A DNA stretch of 64,000 bases from Kiritimatiellia bacterium (GTDB taxonomy: Bacteria; Verrucomicrobiota; Kiritimatiellia; CAIKKV01): contig JAWOJA010000007.1 in NCBI GenBank assembly GCA_046484345.1, positions 11,206 to 75,205 on the forward strand, given 5' to 3'. The position numbers and the translations under genes were made by a program. The notes under the pieces were generated by a model, which worked only from the letters and a program-made list of their open reading frames with translations, was not told where the DNA came from and ran no database searches. Below, piece by piece: positions 45,222-54,390 of the stretch (within the stretch, counting starts at the first letter, position 1; every line of letters starts with the position of its first letter).

Positions 45222-45332
45222 TAATACAATGCTGATATTTTAAGGTTTTTAGACCCCGGGATTCATGTTTTGCCCGATAAACAGGTTTGCTTTGATTTTG
45301 GCGGGGCCGGTTGGTAAGATGGGCTTTCTTTA

Positions 45333-45409
45333 AGGGCCCATAGCTCAGTTGGTCAGAGCGGGAGACTCATAATCTCTTGGTCGCAGGTTCGAGCCCTGCT
45401 GGGCCCACC
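45333..45409 (+). tRNA. tRNA-Met (anticodon CAT; elongator, or tRNA-Ile2 if lysidinylated)
   Basis: 77-nt cloverleaf: acceptor GGGCCCA/TGGGCCC, anticodon loop CTCATAA, T-arm GCAGGTTCGAGCCCTGC, CCA encoded. Confidence 0.85.
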
Positions 45410-45456
45410 ATATCGACGAGGCGCTCCATGAAGCTATTATCCGGCGGGACCGCGTT

Positions 45457-46632
45457 TTGAAGCTATTCGGGGAAAAAAGCGAAAATTTCCTGGTGGACCT
45501 GATCACCGGGCGCATTCCGTTGCGGTTGTTGCTGCGGCGGGATATTTTCCTGTTGCGGATCCTGCGCGGGCTGGCCCTGGTTTATGGCGCCGGCGTCCAG
45601 TTCCGCCTGTTCCTTTATCACCACGGCATTTTTCGCCACCACACTCTCGGTTGCCAGATCATCAGCGTCGGAAACCTGACTGTGGGCGGGACCGGAAAGA
45701 CACCCGTGGTGGAAGTTTTTGCCCGAACCTTGCAGCGCCAGGGGCGGCATGTGGCCGTGTTGAGCCGCGGTTACCGCCGCAAGGCGCCCCCGGTTTCCTG
45801 GTGCCAGCGGCTGAGCCTCCTGCGGAATCCGCACGCGCCGCCCTCCTGCGTGGTGTCCGACCCGCAGGGTGTTCGCGCCGAACCGCTGGAAAGCGGCGAC
45901 GAGCCCTACATGTTGGCCCGCCGGCTTCCCGGCACGGCCGTTCTGGTGGATCCCGATCGCGTCAAGAGCGGCCGTTTTGCCATCCGGAGCCTGGGCTGCG
46001 ACACCTTGATCCTCGACGACGGCTTCCAGCATCCCGAACTGCATCACCGGCTCGACATCGTGCTGGTCGACAGTCGCAATCCCTTCGGCAACGGCTATGT
46101 GTTGCCGCGCGGCGTTCTGCGCGAGCCGTTCGCCAACATCCGGCGGGCCAGTTACATTTTTCTGACCAAGTGCGAGGATGGCGGGCCGCCCAAGCTGGTC
46201 GCCCGCATCCGGGCGCTGAACCCCACGGCCGAAATCATCGCCTGCCGCCACCAGGCCCGGTACCTGCAGGATGTCCAGTCGCCGGCCACCCGGCCGCTGG
46301 AGTATCTGCGGGGCTTGCGGGTCGCGGCGCTTTCGGGCATCGCCGCTCCCGAGGGCTTCGAGCAGGAGCTGGAGAAACGCGGCGCGATTCTGCTCCGCCG
46401 CGAACGGTATGCCGATCATCACTGGTATTCCCGCGAGGAGCTCGAGACGCTGATCCGGGCTGCGGCGCTGGAGGGCGTCCAGGCCATCGTCACGACGGAG
46501 AAGGACGCCGTCCGTTTTCCCCGGCTGGAGACGGGCGGGATGGAGGTCCTGTACCTGCGCGTGGAAATCGAACTGTCCAGTGGAACAGGAACCCTCGATG
46601 AATGCATTTCCCGCATCTGCTCCCTGCGCTGA
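45457..46632 (+). CDS. lpxK: Tetraacyldisaccharide 4'-kinase
   Basis: LpxK P-loop [15 protein letters not shown] and collinear similarity. Confidence 0.8.
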   Translation: MKLFGEKSENFLVDLITGRIPLRLLLRRDIFLLRILRGLALVYGAGVQFRLFLYHHGIFRHHTLGCQIISVGNLTVGGTGKTPVVEVFARTLQRQGRHVAVLSRGYRRKAPPVSWCQRLSLLRNPHAPPSCVVSDPQGVRAEPLESGDEPYMLARRLPGTAVLVDPDRVKSGRFAIRSLGCDTLILDDGFQHPELHHRLDIVLVDSRNPFGNGYVLPRGVLREPFANIRRASYIFLTKCEDGGPPKLVARIRALNPTAEIIACRHQARYLQDVQSPATRPLEYLRGLRVAALSGIAAPEGFEQELEKRGAILLRRERYADHHWYSREELETLIRAAALEGVQAIVTTEKDAVRFPRLETGGMEVLYLRVEIELSSGTGTLDECISRICSLR

Positions 46633-47701
46633 GGCGCCGGCCGCCGGGGATGTCCTCTGGATCCGCGCGGTGAACTGGCTGGGCGACAGCGTGATGACGC
46701 TGCCCGCGCTGGGTGCCTTTCGCGCGGCTTTCCCCCGGGTGCGCGTGCTCATGGGCTGCCGCCCCGGACTGGCCCCATTTTGGGAAATGTGCCCCTCCGT
46801 GGACGGCGTCACGCTGCTGCCCCCCGGCGGGATGGGCGACTGGGCGGCGGCCCGGGAACTGCGCCGCCTGGGCGCGGGGCGGGCGGTTGTTTTTCCGCAC
46901 TCTTTCCGCTCGGCCTGGGTGCCCTTCCTGGCCCGCATTCCCGAGCGGATCGGCTATGCGGGCCATTTCCGGCGCTTTCTGTTGACGCGCGCGGCCTCGC
47001 CGGTTTCCTGTCCGGGCTCGGCGCACCAGGCGCTCGATTATTATCCGCTCCTGGGCGTGGTGCCGGACGTCGTTCCGCCGGCGCTGGACGGGCTGTTGCG
47101 CGTTCCGGAGGCGGTCCTGCTGGCGACGGCGGAGCGGCTTGGCCGGGCTGCGGCGGCGTTGCCGGGATTTCCGCCCGGTGGGCCCTGGATGGCGGTGGCG
47201 CCGGGCGCGGCCCGCGGCGGATCGAAGCGCTGGCCGGCGGAGCATTTCGCCGCCGCCGTCGCCCGGATCGTGCGCGAGCGGCCCTGCGGGGTCCTCGTGT
47301 GCGGCACGCCGGCGGAGAAGGCGGCGGCGGCCCAGATCGCCGCGGCGGCGCCGGGGGCCGCCGTGGACCTGACGGGCGCCACGACGCTGGCGCAGCTGGC
47401 GGCGGTGTTCCGTTTGTGCCGCCTTGTGCTGTGCAACGACAGCGGGGCCATGCACCTGGGCGCGGCGGTCGGCACGCCCGTGGTGGCGATTTTCGGCCTG
47501 ACGGATCCCGGGCGCACGGGGCCGCTGGGCCTCGGGCATGCGGTGCTGGCGCCGACGGGGGTCGCCGGCCACGCCGCTATTGCGCGGGAATCCGGCCGGG
47601 CGGCCGAAGTGTTGGCGGCCATCCGGCCGGAGTCGGTGGCGACCGCGGCCATCGGGATATTTAACGGCAACGGAAACGGGGGGGCGCCTCATGCGCGATA
47701 A
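46598..47701 (+). CDS. ADP-heptose:LPS heptosyltransferase (GT9 family, WaaF/WaaC-like)
   Basis: GT9 fold motifs (WIRAVNWLGDSVMTLPAL..., CNDSGAMHLGAAVGTPVVAIFG). Confidence 0.75.
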   Translation: MNAFPASAPCAEAPAAGDVLWIRAVNWLGDSVMTLPALGAFRAAFPRVRVLMGCRPGLAPFWEMCPSVDGVTLLPPGGMGDWAAARELRRLGAGRAVVFPHSFRSAWVPFLARIPERIGYAGHFRRFLLTRAASPVSCPGSAHQALDYYPLLGVVPDVVPPALDGLLRVPEAVLLATAERLGRAAAALPGFPPGGPWMAVAPGAARGGSKRWPAEHFAAAVARIVRERPCGVLVCGTPAEKAAAAQIAAAAPGAAVDLTGATTLAQLAAVFRLCRLVLCNDSGAMHLGAAVGTPVVAIFGLTDPGRTGPLGLGHAVLAPTGVAGHAAIARESGRAAEVLAAIRPESVATAAIGIFNGNGNGGAPHAR

Positions 47702-48506
47702 AATCTCAGCCTGCATCACCGCCTGCGACGAGGATCTCAACATTCGCCGCTGCCTGGAGAGCGTCAAGTGGGCGGACGAGATTGTGGTGGTGGACAGCTT
47801 CAGCAAAGATCGCACCGTTGCGATCTGCAAGGAATACACCGACCGCGTCTATCAGCACGAATGGCTGGGCTACATCGGGCAGAAGAACCTGATCAAGGAC
47901 CTCGCGCAAGGCCCCTGGCTGCTGTTCATCGACGCCGATGAGGAGGTGTCCCCGGCGCTGCTGGAGGAGATCCGCTCGGAATTCGAATCCGGTTCCAACC
48001 GGGAGTTTGCCGGCTACATGTTTCCCCGCATGGTCTATTACCTGGGGAAATGGATCCGCCACGGCGAGTGGTACCCGGACATCAAGCTGCGTCTTTTCCG
48101 CAAGGACAAGGGGACCTGCGCCGGGCACGAACCCCACGACCGCACCACGGTGGACGGGGCGGTCAAGCTGCTCCGCGGGCACCTGCACCATTACACGTAC
48201 GAGGACATTTTCGACCAGATCAAGACCATGAACCAGTTCTCCAGCATCGCGGCCCGTTCGATGCACGACGCGGGTTATCCCTTCCTGTGGCGGGACCTGC
48301 TCTTCCGGCCGGGCTGGCGCCTGTTCAAGGCCCTGGTGCTCAAGCGCGGCATCCGGGACGGCATCCGGGGCATCATCATTGCCATGTGCTCGGGGTTCGG
48401 CGTCTTCATGAAATACGCCAAGCTGATGGAGCTTTATCTCGAAAAGCCGAAGAGTCCGGCGCCTTCGAAGATGGGCGAACTAAAAAAAGGCGGCGGTAAC
48501 CGTTGA
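47691..48506 (+). CDS. GT2-family glycosyltransferase (LPS core, KdtX/WaaE-like)
   Basis: Start MRDKISACITACDED. DxD motif in FIDADEE. Confidence 0.7.
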   Translation: MRDKISACITACDEDLNIRRCLESVKWADEIVVVDSFSKDRTVAICKEYTDRVYQHEWLGYIGQKNLIKDLAQGPWLLFIDADEEVSPALLEEIRSEFESGSNREFAGYMFPRMVYYLGKWIRHGEWYPDIKLRLFRKDKGTCAGHEPHDRTTVDGAVKLLRGHLHHYTYEDIFDQIKTMNQFSSIAARSMHDAGYPFLWRDLLFRPGWRLFKALVLKRGIRDGIRGIIIAMCSGFGVFMKYAKLMELYLEKPKSPAPSKMGELKKGGGNR

Positions 48507-48532
48507 CAAACAAGCCGTTTTGCGGCTATATT
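48503..48532 (+). promoter_or_regulatory. tRNA-Ala promoter TTGACA-N17-CTATAT(T), overlapping the stop of the upstream GT2 gene
   Basis: Consensus -35. An inverted repeat CGTTTTGC / GCAAAACG at 48516-48523 and 48561-48568 brackets the -10 and leader. Confidence 0.5.
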
Positions 48533-48569
48533 TTGACCCTTGTCCGCATGAAGGCATCCGGCAAAACGT

Positions 48570-48645
48570 GGGGGATTAGCTCAGTTGGTAGAGCGCTTGA
48601 ATGGCATTCAAGAGGCCAGGGGTTCGAATCCCCTATCCTCCACCA
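48570..48645 (+). tRNA. tRNA-Ala (anticodon GGC)
   Basis: 76-nt cloverleaf with the G3:U70 Ala identity pair, anticodon loop ATGGCAT, T-arm CAGGGGTTCGAATCCCCTA, CCA encoded. Confidence 0.9.
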
Positions 48646-48691
48646 ATCCACGTTTTCTTTTTAACCCTTCTTATCGGCTGGTCAAAACCCT

Positions 48692-49543
48692 ATGAGCCGG
48701 TATTCCGTCAGTGTGGTTGTCACGACTTTCAACTCCCCGGAAATCCTCCGGCTGGTTTTGCTGGGGTTGGCCCGGCAAATCGTCCTGCCCGCCGAGGTGC
48801 TGGTGGCGGACGACGGCTCCGAGGCGAACACCGCCGACACCCTTGAGCGCGTGGCCCCGGAGATGCCGTTTTCGCTGATTCACCTCTGGCAGCCCCACGA
48901 GGATTTTCGCGCCGCCCGCAGTCGCAACAACGCCATTGCCCGGGCCCGGGGCGATGTGCTGGCGTTCCTGGACCAGGACACGATTCCCCACGCCGGCTGG
49001 CTCGAAGCCCATGTTTCCGGACTGGGGGCGGACCAGGTCTCCCTGGGCGATGTGATTGCGCTTTCGCGCGACGAGGCGGCCCTGGTGACCGAGTCGGCCA
49101 TCCGGACCGGGCGCTTCGAGCATTTCCTTTCGTTTGCCAACCGGCGGCGCATGGCGTGGCTGCAGGCCAAGTATGCCCTGTATGCCTGGATGCGGCGCCA
49201 GGGCGCGCCCGTCAAGTCCAAGCCCCGCCTGCGCTCGTCCAATTTCGTCGTTCCTGCGCCCCCCCTGCGGGAGGTGAACGGGTTTGACGAAGCCTATGTG
49301 GGGTGGGGGCAGGAGGATGACGACCTGGGCCGCCGCCTGTACAAACTGGGCGTGAATCCCCTCATCCGCGTGAGCGCGGCGCGGGTCAGCCATTTTCCCC
49401 ATCCCCCCCGCCGCCCGGTCCACTGGCATGCCGGCGACAATGCCCGGCGGTATGCGGAAGGCGCCGCCGCCTCGGCCCGGTGCGACGCCGGGCTCTCGAA
49501 GCATCCCTACCCGGACGTGCGGGTCAAGGTGCTGAGCTTTTAA
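48692..49543 (+). CDS. GT2-family glycosyltransferase
   Basis: N-terminus VSVVVTTFNSPEIL, DDGS, and a DQD motif. Confidence 0.7.
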   Translation: MSRYSVSVVVTTFNSPEILRLVLLGLARQIVLPAEVLVADDGSEANTADTLERVAPEMPFSLIHLWQPHEDFRAARSRNNAIARARGDVLAFLDQDTIPHAGWLEAHVSGLGADQVSLGDVIALSRDEAALVTESAIRTGRFEHFLSFANRRRMAWLQAKYALYAWMRRQGAPVKSKPRLRSSNFVVPAPPLREVNGFDEAYVGWGQEDDDLGRRLYKLGVNPLIRVSAARVSHFPHPPRRPVHWHAGDNARRYAEGAAASARCDAGLSKHPYPDVRVKVLSF

Positions 49544-50726
49544 CGGCCGGCCGGGGTTGTGACACCGCCAGGGCCAGCGGCACCAGGCCGACCAGCCCCA
49601 GTTGAAGCCGGTTGTCGGGGCAGTCGACGAGCCCGTAGAGGTGCCACATCAGCAGCAGCAGGGACACGAGCGCGACGCGCAGGCGGGCCGCCTCGTCTTG
49701 TTCCCTTTTCATTGCCATCATCAGGCGGGCCGCCAGGAGCAACCACAGCGTCCCGTGCAGGATGAGCCAGACCCGCCCCCCCTGGAACAGCACGAACAGC
49801 GTGTATTGGTGCGGGTGGGGGAAGACAAAGGGCGAGGGGGGCGGATCCGAGGCCCGGTAAACCGTCTGGAAGGTTGTCTTGCCGTACCCGTAACCCAGCC
49901 AAGGACGGTCCCCGATCAGGCGGACGGTGTGGCTCCAGACGGCGTCACGGCCGGAGAGAAAGTCCTTTTTTTCAAGGAAACGCGCGTTGATCCGCGAAAG
50001 GTTGGCTCCGATCGGCAGGGCCACCATGACGGCCAGGCCGAGTCCGATCAGCCGCCCCCGCCAGGAGCGCGGGGCGAGCAGGAGCACGGCGGCGGCCGCT
50101 CCGGCGAAGGCGGCCTGCGGCCCGCGCGAGGCGAGGGCTACCAGGTAGGCGAGCGCGATTCCCGCGCCCGCGGCGAACCCCGTTGCCTGGATCCGGCGGC
50201 GCCGGCGGGTCCACGCGCCATACAGCCCGACGAGGACCGTTGCGCCAGCCAGCAGGCTCGCCACGTTCGGATGGTTCAGGACATAGGGTTTATAGTAGCG
50301 ACCCTGGACCAGCAGCGCGGGGCCCAGAGCCGTGGAAAGCCGGATCAGGTCTCCGGCAAAAAGAAGGGTCAGCACGCCGGCGGAAGCGAAGAGCACCCGC
50401 TCCGCCCGCCGTCCGTCCGCCACCCACACCGAAAGGGCAAAAGCGCCGGCCGCGAGGCGCCAATCGCTCAGCAGTTCCCACCCCGCAGCGGCCGGAAAAA
50501 CCGCGAAGGGCAGCAGGAGCGCGGCGGACAGGGGGATGAGCAGGGCGGCCAGCCCGGGCGGGGAGGACCAGAGGGCGGCGGCACGGCGCCAGCGTGGGAG
50601 CGCCCAGAGAAAGGCGCCGCCGATCAGGATGTCGGTGACGGCCTTCGAGGGAAGAGCCCAGACCAGAAACGCGGCCGCCAGACCCGCCGTGATCCGGCTA
50701 ATTTTGCATGCGGCGGAACAGCTCAT
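49524..50726 (-). CDS. O-antigen ligase family protein (WaaL/Wzy_C-like polytopic membrane protein)
   Basis: About 10 TM segments and a periplasmic loop with the ligase-type HPH (NHPN) region. Start chosen at the first ATG, overlapping the kinase 3' end by 29 nt. Confidence 0.65.
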   Translation of the reverse strand: MSCSAACKISRITAGLAAAFLVWALPSKAVTDILIGGAFLWALPRWRRAAALWSSPPGLAALLIPLSAALLLPFAVFPAAAGWELLSDWRLAAGAFALSVWVADGRRAERVLFASAGVLTLLFAGDLIRLSTALGPALLVQGRYYKPYVLNHPNVASLLAGATVLVGLYGAWTRRRRRIQATGFAAGAGIALAYLVALASRGPQAAFAGAAAAVLLLAPRSWRGRLIGLGLAVMVALPIGANLSRINARFLEKKDFLSGRDAVWSHTVRLIGDRPWLGYGYGKTTFQTVYRASDPPPSPFVFPHPHQYTLFVLFQGGRVWLILHGTLWLLLAARLMMAMKREQDEAARLRVALVSLLLLMWHLYGLVDCPDNRLQLGLVGLVPLALAVSQPRPAVKSSAP

Positions 50727-53700
50727 AGCCGTTGAGTTCCTTGAGGCGGGGGAAGGCCTGAAACAGGCCCATTTGGCCCATCTGGCCGGGGCGCAGGTCG
50801 CAGTACAGGATTTCAAGGTCGGGGGAGCGCAGGACGGCCAGGCACTCGGGATTGAGCCCCTCGCAGCGCAGCTCGGTCAGCGGAGCGCTCGCCAAGGGCT
50901 TCAGGCTGGTCACCTTGGTGTTGGAGAGGATGACGCGGCTCAGGGGCATCCCCTCCAGGGGCGACAGATCGCCGATGCCGGTGTTGGCCGCCACGAATTC
51001 CGTGAGCGACAGGCCGCGCAGGGGAGTCAGGTCCTCGATCAGGGTTCCGCTGAAGGCGATGACTTTCAAAGGCAAGCCGGCGAGCGGGGTCAGGTCTTTT
51101 ATCCGGCAGTTGTTGAAGCGCAGTTGTTCGATTTTATGGCCCTGAAGGGGCGACAGATCCTTCACGGGGGTGCCGGAGATGTTCAGATTCTGCAGGGGCA
51201 TCCGGCGGAGGGCGGTTAAGTCGTTCAGTTTGGTGTTTGCCAGGTTGAGTTCGACGAGCGGCATCTCGGCCAGCAGGGAGGGGTCCTTGAAGCCGGTGTC
51301 GGCCGCCTGGAAAACGGCCAGTTGCGGGAAACGGCGCAGGGAGAGGAAGTCGAACACCTTGGTGCCCGAGATGTTCATATCCCGCAGGGGCATGTCGCGG
51401 ATGAAGGAGAGTTCGCTGAACGGAGTGTTGGCGAGGTTGACCCGGGTGAGGCTGAAGTTGCGCAGGGGATCGAAGATGGAAACCCGTGTGGCGGCGATTT
51501 CCAATTCCAGCAGCGGCATGCCGCGCAGGGGGCTCAGGTCCTTGACGCGAGTGTTGTTCAGGTTCAAAGATTCGAGCCGAAGATCTTTGATGGCTGCCAG
51601 GTCCGCCACGGAGGAGCCTGCGAGATTCAGCCGGCGCAGGCGGCTCAAGCCGGCGAGGGGCGCCAAGTTGGCGGCCTGGTTGTCGGGTATGGAGAGGCAC
51701 TCAAGGGAGGCCGCCAGTTTGTTCAGGGGCTCCAGGTTCTGCAGGTGGGGGGATTTGCACTCGAAGCGGACGATGTTTCCCCGGCTGTCCGTTTCGCACT
51801 TGATGTTGAAAAGTTTCAGGCCGGGATTGGCCTCGACCAGCAGGGCGGCGAACGCATCCGCAGAGGGTCGGATGCCGTCCGCCGGAGCAGCTTTGGCAGG
51901 CTCCGCGCTTGGGGGCGGGGCGACGGTTGGAGCGGCCGGCCGCGCGGCGGCCGCTTCGGCTTCGCGTCGCTCAAGCCCCGCGAGCAGGCGGGGGCCCAAA
52001 GGTTCCGGGAGGGCCGAGAAAAAGAGGCGCGCGTCGGCGGCGCCGCGGTTGTGCAAGGCGGCGCAGCCCTTGAACAGGGCGACATCGGGATCGGTGTCCG
52101 GTCCCATGCGCTGGAGCCGTTCTCGTGGCGCCAGTTCGTCGAATGAAAAGCGGATTTTGATGAGCGCCACGGCCACGCCCTCGCCGACAGAGACCTTCTG
52201 GTCCCCGAAAACAGCGCCGTTGCGCACGGCGTCGAGGACGATGGTTTTGGGGCCGGACAGGAGTTGGACCGTCACCTCCTGGCCTGCCTGGCGAGTGAAC
52301 GAATCGGCGATTTTCTGATCCATGGCCCCGGCCTTTTTGACAAGGTCGGCAACGGTCTTCAATTCGGCCAGCAGGGATTGCATTTCCGGGCGGCTTTCGG
52401 CCGCGGCGAGTGTTTGGGCGGCTTCTTCCAGCCGGTTTTGGAGCAGGCTGGCGACTGCTTCATCCAGGAGCCCCTCGAAGGCGAGGCGGGCTTCGTTTCC
52501 CTGTGCCTGCCGCGACTGGTGGGCCTGGGCGGCCTTTTTCCGCCAGCGCTGGGCTTCGATCCGGCGTTCCCGGCCGGTCTCGGCGGCCAATTTTCCGGAA
52601 TAATCCTCGAACAGCGCGGCCGCATCGTCGAATTGCCGCGCCTGGCCCAGCTTGGCGGCGCCGTCCCGGAGTGGCTGCATGACGCCCTGGAGGGCGGCCT
52701 GGCGTGCCTCGCGGACGGAGCGCATGGCGTCCAGGGCCATCAGCGAGTACTTGGAATCTCTAGTCGCCTTGGCCACGCGGTCGAACTGGTCGATGGCCTC
52801 CTGGTAGCGTTCGGGATTGGACTGCCACCAGTTTTTGGCGAACTCGAACATCTCCGCGTACCTTTTTTCGGCGCTATCCACGGCCGGGTTGGGCGTGGGA
52901 GCCGGGGCCCGGTGCACGGCCGGCGGCGGTCTGAGCGGGGTGTGGGGGGCGGCGCGGGGCCGGAAAATGAAATACGCGGCCACGGCCAGCGCGGCCAGGA
53001 TTCCGATAACAAGCAACGTGCGCAACACCGTATCCGAGGAGGAACCCGGCGCCTTGTCCAGCGTCGTCGTGGGAGGCGGGGCGGGCTGGTGGGGCTTCAG
53101 GCGCCGGTTGCTGCGTTGCATTACGCTGCCGACGGGGGCGGGGAACGGCGGGGCCGGGTATCCGCGCCGCATCAGGCGCGCGACATCGGCCGTCACCGCC
53201 GACCAGTCCGCGTGGCGGTGTTCGCGGTTGCGCGCCAGCATTTTTTCGGTCATCCAGGCGATGCGGGAGGAGAGGGACGGGGTCAGGTCAAGCACGTCGG
53301 GGACCTGGCCCTTAAGCATCAGGTCCAGGACGGCATCGTCCGCGGTGCCTTCGAACAGCATTTTTCCGGTCAGCATCTGGTAGACCGTGGCGCCCATGGA
53401 AAAGATGTCCGTCCGGGTGTCCAGGGCGGGCGTTCCGATAATCTGCTCGGGCGACATGTACTGGGGCGTGCCCATGACTTCGTCGGTCTGGGCGAGGGCG
53501 TTCATGCCCCCCAGGGTGGTGGCCAGGCCCAGATCGGTGACTTTGACCGATCCGTCGGCGTCGATCAGGATATTGTCGGGCTTGATGTCGCAGTGGATCA
53601 GGCCCGCGCTTTTCCAGGCGTGGCCGAGGGCTTGCCCGACGTGTTCGAGCACGAAGAGGACCTCGTCCTCCGACATCTTCTTTTTGCGCCGGATGCGGTT

Positions 53701-54000
53701 GCCGAGGCTTTCGCCGGCCACGTATTCCATGATCAGGCAGTAAAGGCCCTTGTGCATCAGGGCGTCGTAGACCTGCACGATGCCGGGATGCTTGAGCATG
53801 GCGGCGGAGCGGCATTCGGCGTGGAAGCGTTCGACGTCGGCCGGCTCGCTGGCGAGGCGGGGCGAGAGAACCTTGATGGCGACAAGGCGGTCGAGTGACA
53901 ACTGCCTGGCTTTCCACACGGTTGCCATGCCGCCCTGCCCGATTTTGTCCAGCAACTCAAAGCCTGGTAAAGACAGTTGATCCATACATCCATTTTCCAC
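50698..54000 (-). CDS. Transmembrane Ser/Thr protein kinase with periplasmic helical/TPR-like region and C-terminal leucine-rich-repeat (LRR) domain
   Basis: Kinase motifs (GQGGMATV, VAIKVL, HCDIKPDN, DLG, SPE). One TM helix. More than 12 LRR-like units (L..L.L..T.v.DLSPL.g) in the C-terminal 350 aa. Confidence 0.8.
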   Translation of the reverse strand: MENGCMDQLSLPGFELLDKIGQGGMATVWKARQLSLDRLVAIKVLSPRLASEPADVERFHAECRSAAMLKHPGIVQVYDALMHKGLYCLIMEYVAGESLGNRIRRKKKMSEDEVLFVLEHVGQALGHAWKSAGLIHCDIKPDNILIDADGSVKVTDLGLATTLGGMNALAQTDEVMGTPQYMSPEQIIGTPALDTRTDIFSMGATVYQMLTGKMLFEGTADDAVLDLMLKGQVPDVLDLTPSLSSRIAWMTEKMLARNREHRHADWSAVTADVARLMRRGYPAPPFPAPVGSVMQRSNRRLKPHQPAPPPTTTLDKAPGSSSDTVLRTLLVIGILAALAVAAYFIFRPRAAPHTPLRPPPAVHRAPAPTPNPAVDSAEKRYAEMFEFAKNWWQSNPERYQEAIDQFDRVAKATRDSKYSLMALDAMRSVREARQAALQGVMQPLRDGAAKLGQARQFDDAAALFEDYSGKLAAETGRERRIEAQRWRKKAAQAHQSRQAQGNEARLAFEGLLDEAVASLLQNRLEEAAQTLAAAESRPEMQSLLAELKTVADLVKKAGAMDQKIADSFTRQAGQEVTVQLLSGPKTIVLDAVRNGAVFGDQKVSVGEGVAVALIKIRFSFDELAPRERLQRMGPDTDPDVALFKGCAALHNRGAADARLFFSALPEPLGPRLLAGLERREAEAAAARPAAPTVAPPPSAEPAKAAPADGIRPSADAFAALLVEANPGLKLFNIKCETDSRGNIVRFECKSPHLQNLEPLNKLAASLECLSIPDNQAANLAPLAGLSRLRRLNLAGSSVADLAAIKDLRLESLNLNNTRVKDLSPLRGMPLLELEIAATRVSIFDPLRNFSLTRVNLANTPFSELSFIRDMPLRDMNISGTKVFDFLSLRRFPQLAVFQAADTGFKDPSLLAEMPLVELNLANTKLNDLTALRRMPLQNLNISGTPVKDLSPLQGHKIEQLRFNNCRIKDLTPLAGLPLKVIAFSGTLIEDLTPLRGLSLTEFVAANTGIGDLSPLEGMPLSRVILSNTKVTSLKPLASAPLTELRCEGLNPECLAVLRSPDLEILYCDLRPGQMGQMGLFQAFPRLKELNGYELFRRMQN

Positions 54001-54312
54001 AGTTTACCGCGCAGGGGTCTCGCCAGTTGATATGCTTTCCCAAACAGCGGTTAAAGTCAAGCCACATCCCCCAGGGCAAACGCATCAAAAAACCGTTCAA
54101 CCGGCCAAAAACCGGCATGGTTCTTGATCGGGCGGGTCACCCGGTGGCCGCGGAGCAGGCCCTGATCCGGTCGGCGCCGGCTTCTGGGCTCAAGGGGTCA
54201 AACCTAACAATAGAGAATATGGCCGGTGACGGTTGAGGAACCTTGGGAGGATTGCCGCGATAGCGCAAGGACGGGGATCCGAGGATCGGACTCAGAAGGT
54301 TGAAAAACGCAG

Positions 54313-54341
54313 TTGCATCACAAACGGCACTGCGATATAAA
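54313..54341 (+). promoter_or_regulatory. Predicted comM promoter TTGCAT-N17-TATAAA
   Basis: Near-consensus hexamers with a 17-nt spacer, 50 nt upstream of the comM ATG. Confidence 0.45.
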
Positions 54342-54361
54342 CAGCGTAGACATTCCCGGAC

Positions 54362-54390
54362 GATCCCCGCATTCAAACGGGGATTTTTTT
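54362..54390 (+). promoter_or_regulatory. Leader hairpin GATCCCCG-cattcaaa-CGGGGAT followed by a T7 run ending at the comM ATG; it sequesters the only SD-like GGGGA
   Basis: A 7-bp GC-rich stem whose 3' arm contains GGGGA 7 nt upstream of the ATG, followed by TTTTTTT. Confidence 0.5.

Noticed and set aside
54313-54390. Upstream in-frame ATG (54313) as comM start
   Set aside because: ComM/YifB homologs begin at the MLAKV... position (54391). The upstream extension has no homolog support and would place a terminator-like hairpin plus U7 inside the coding region.
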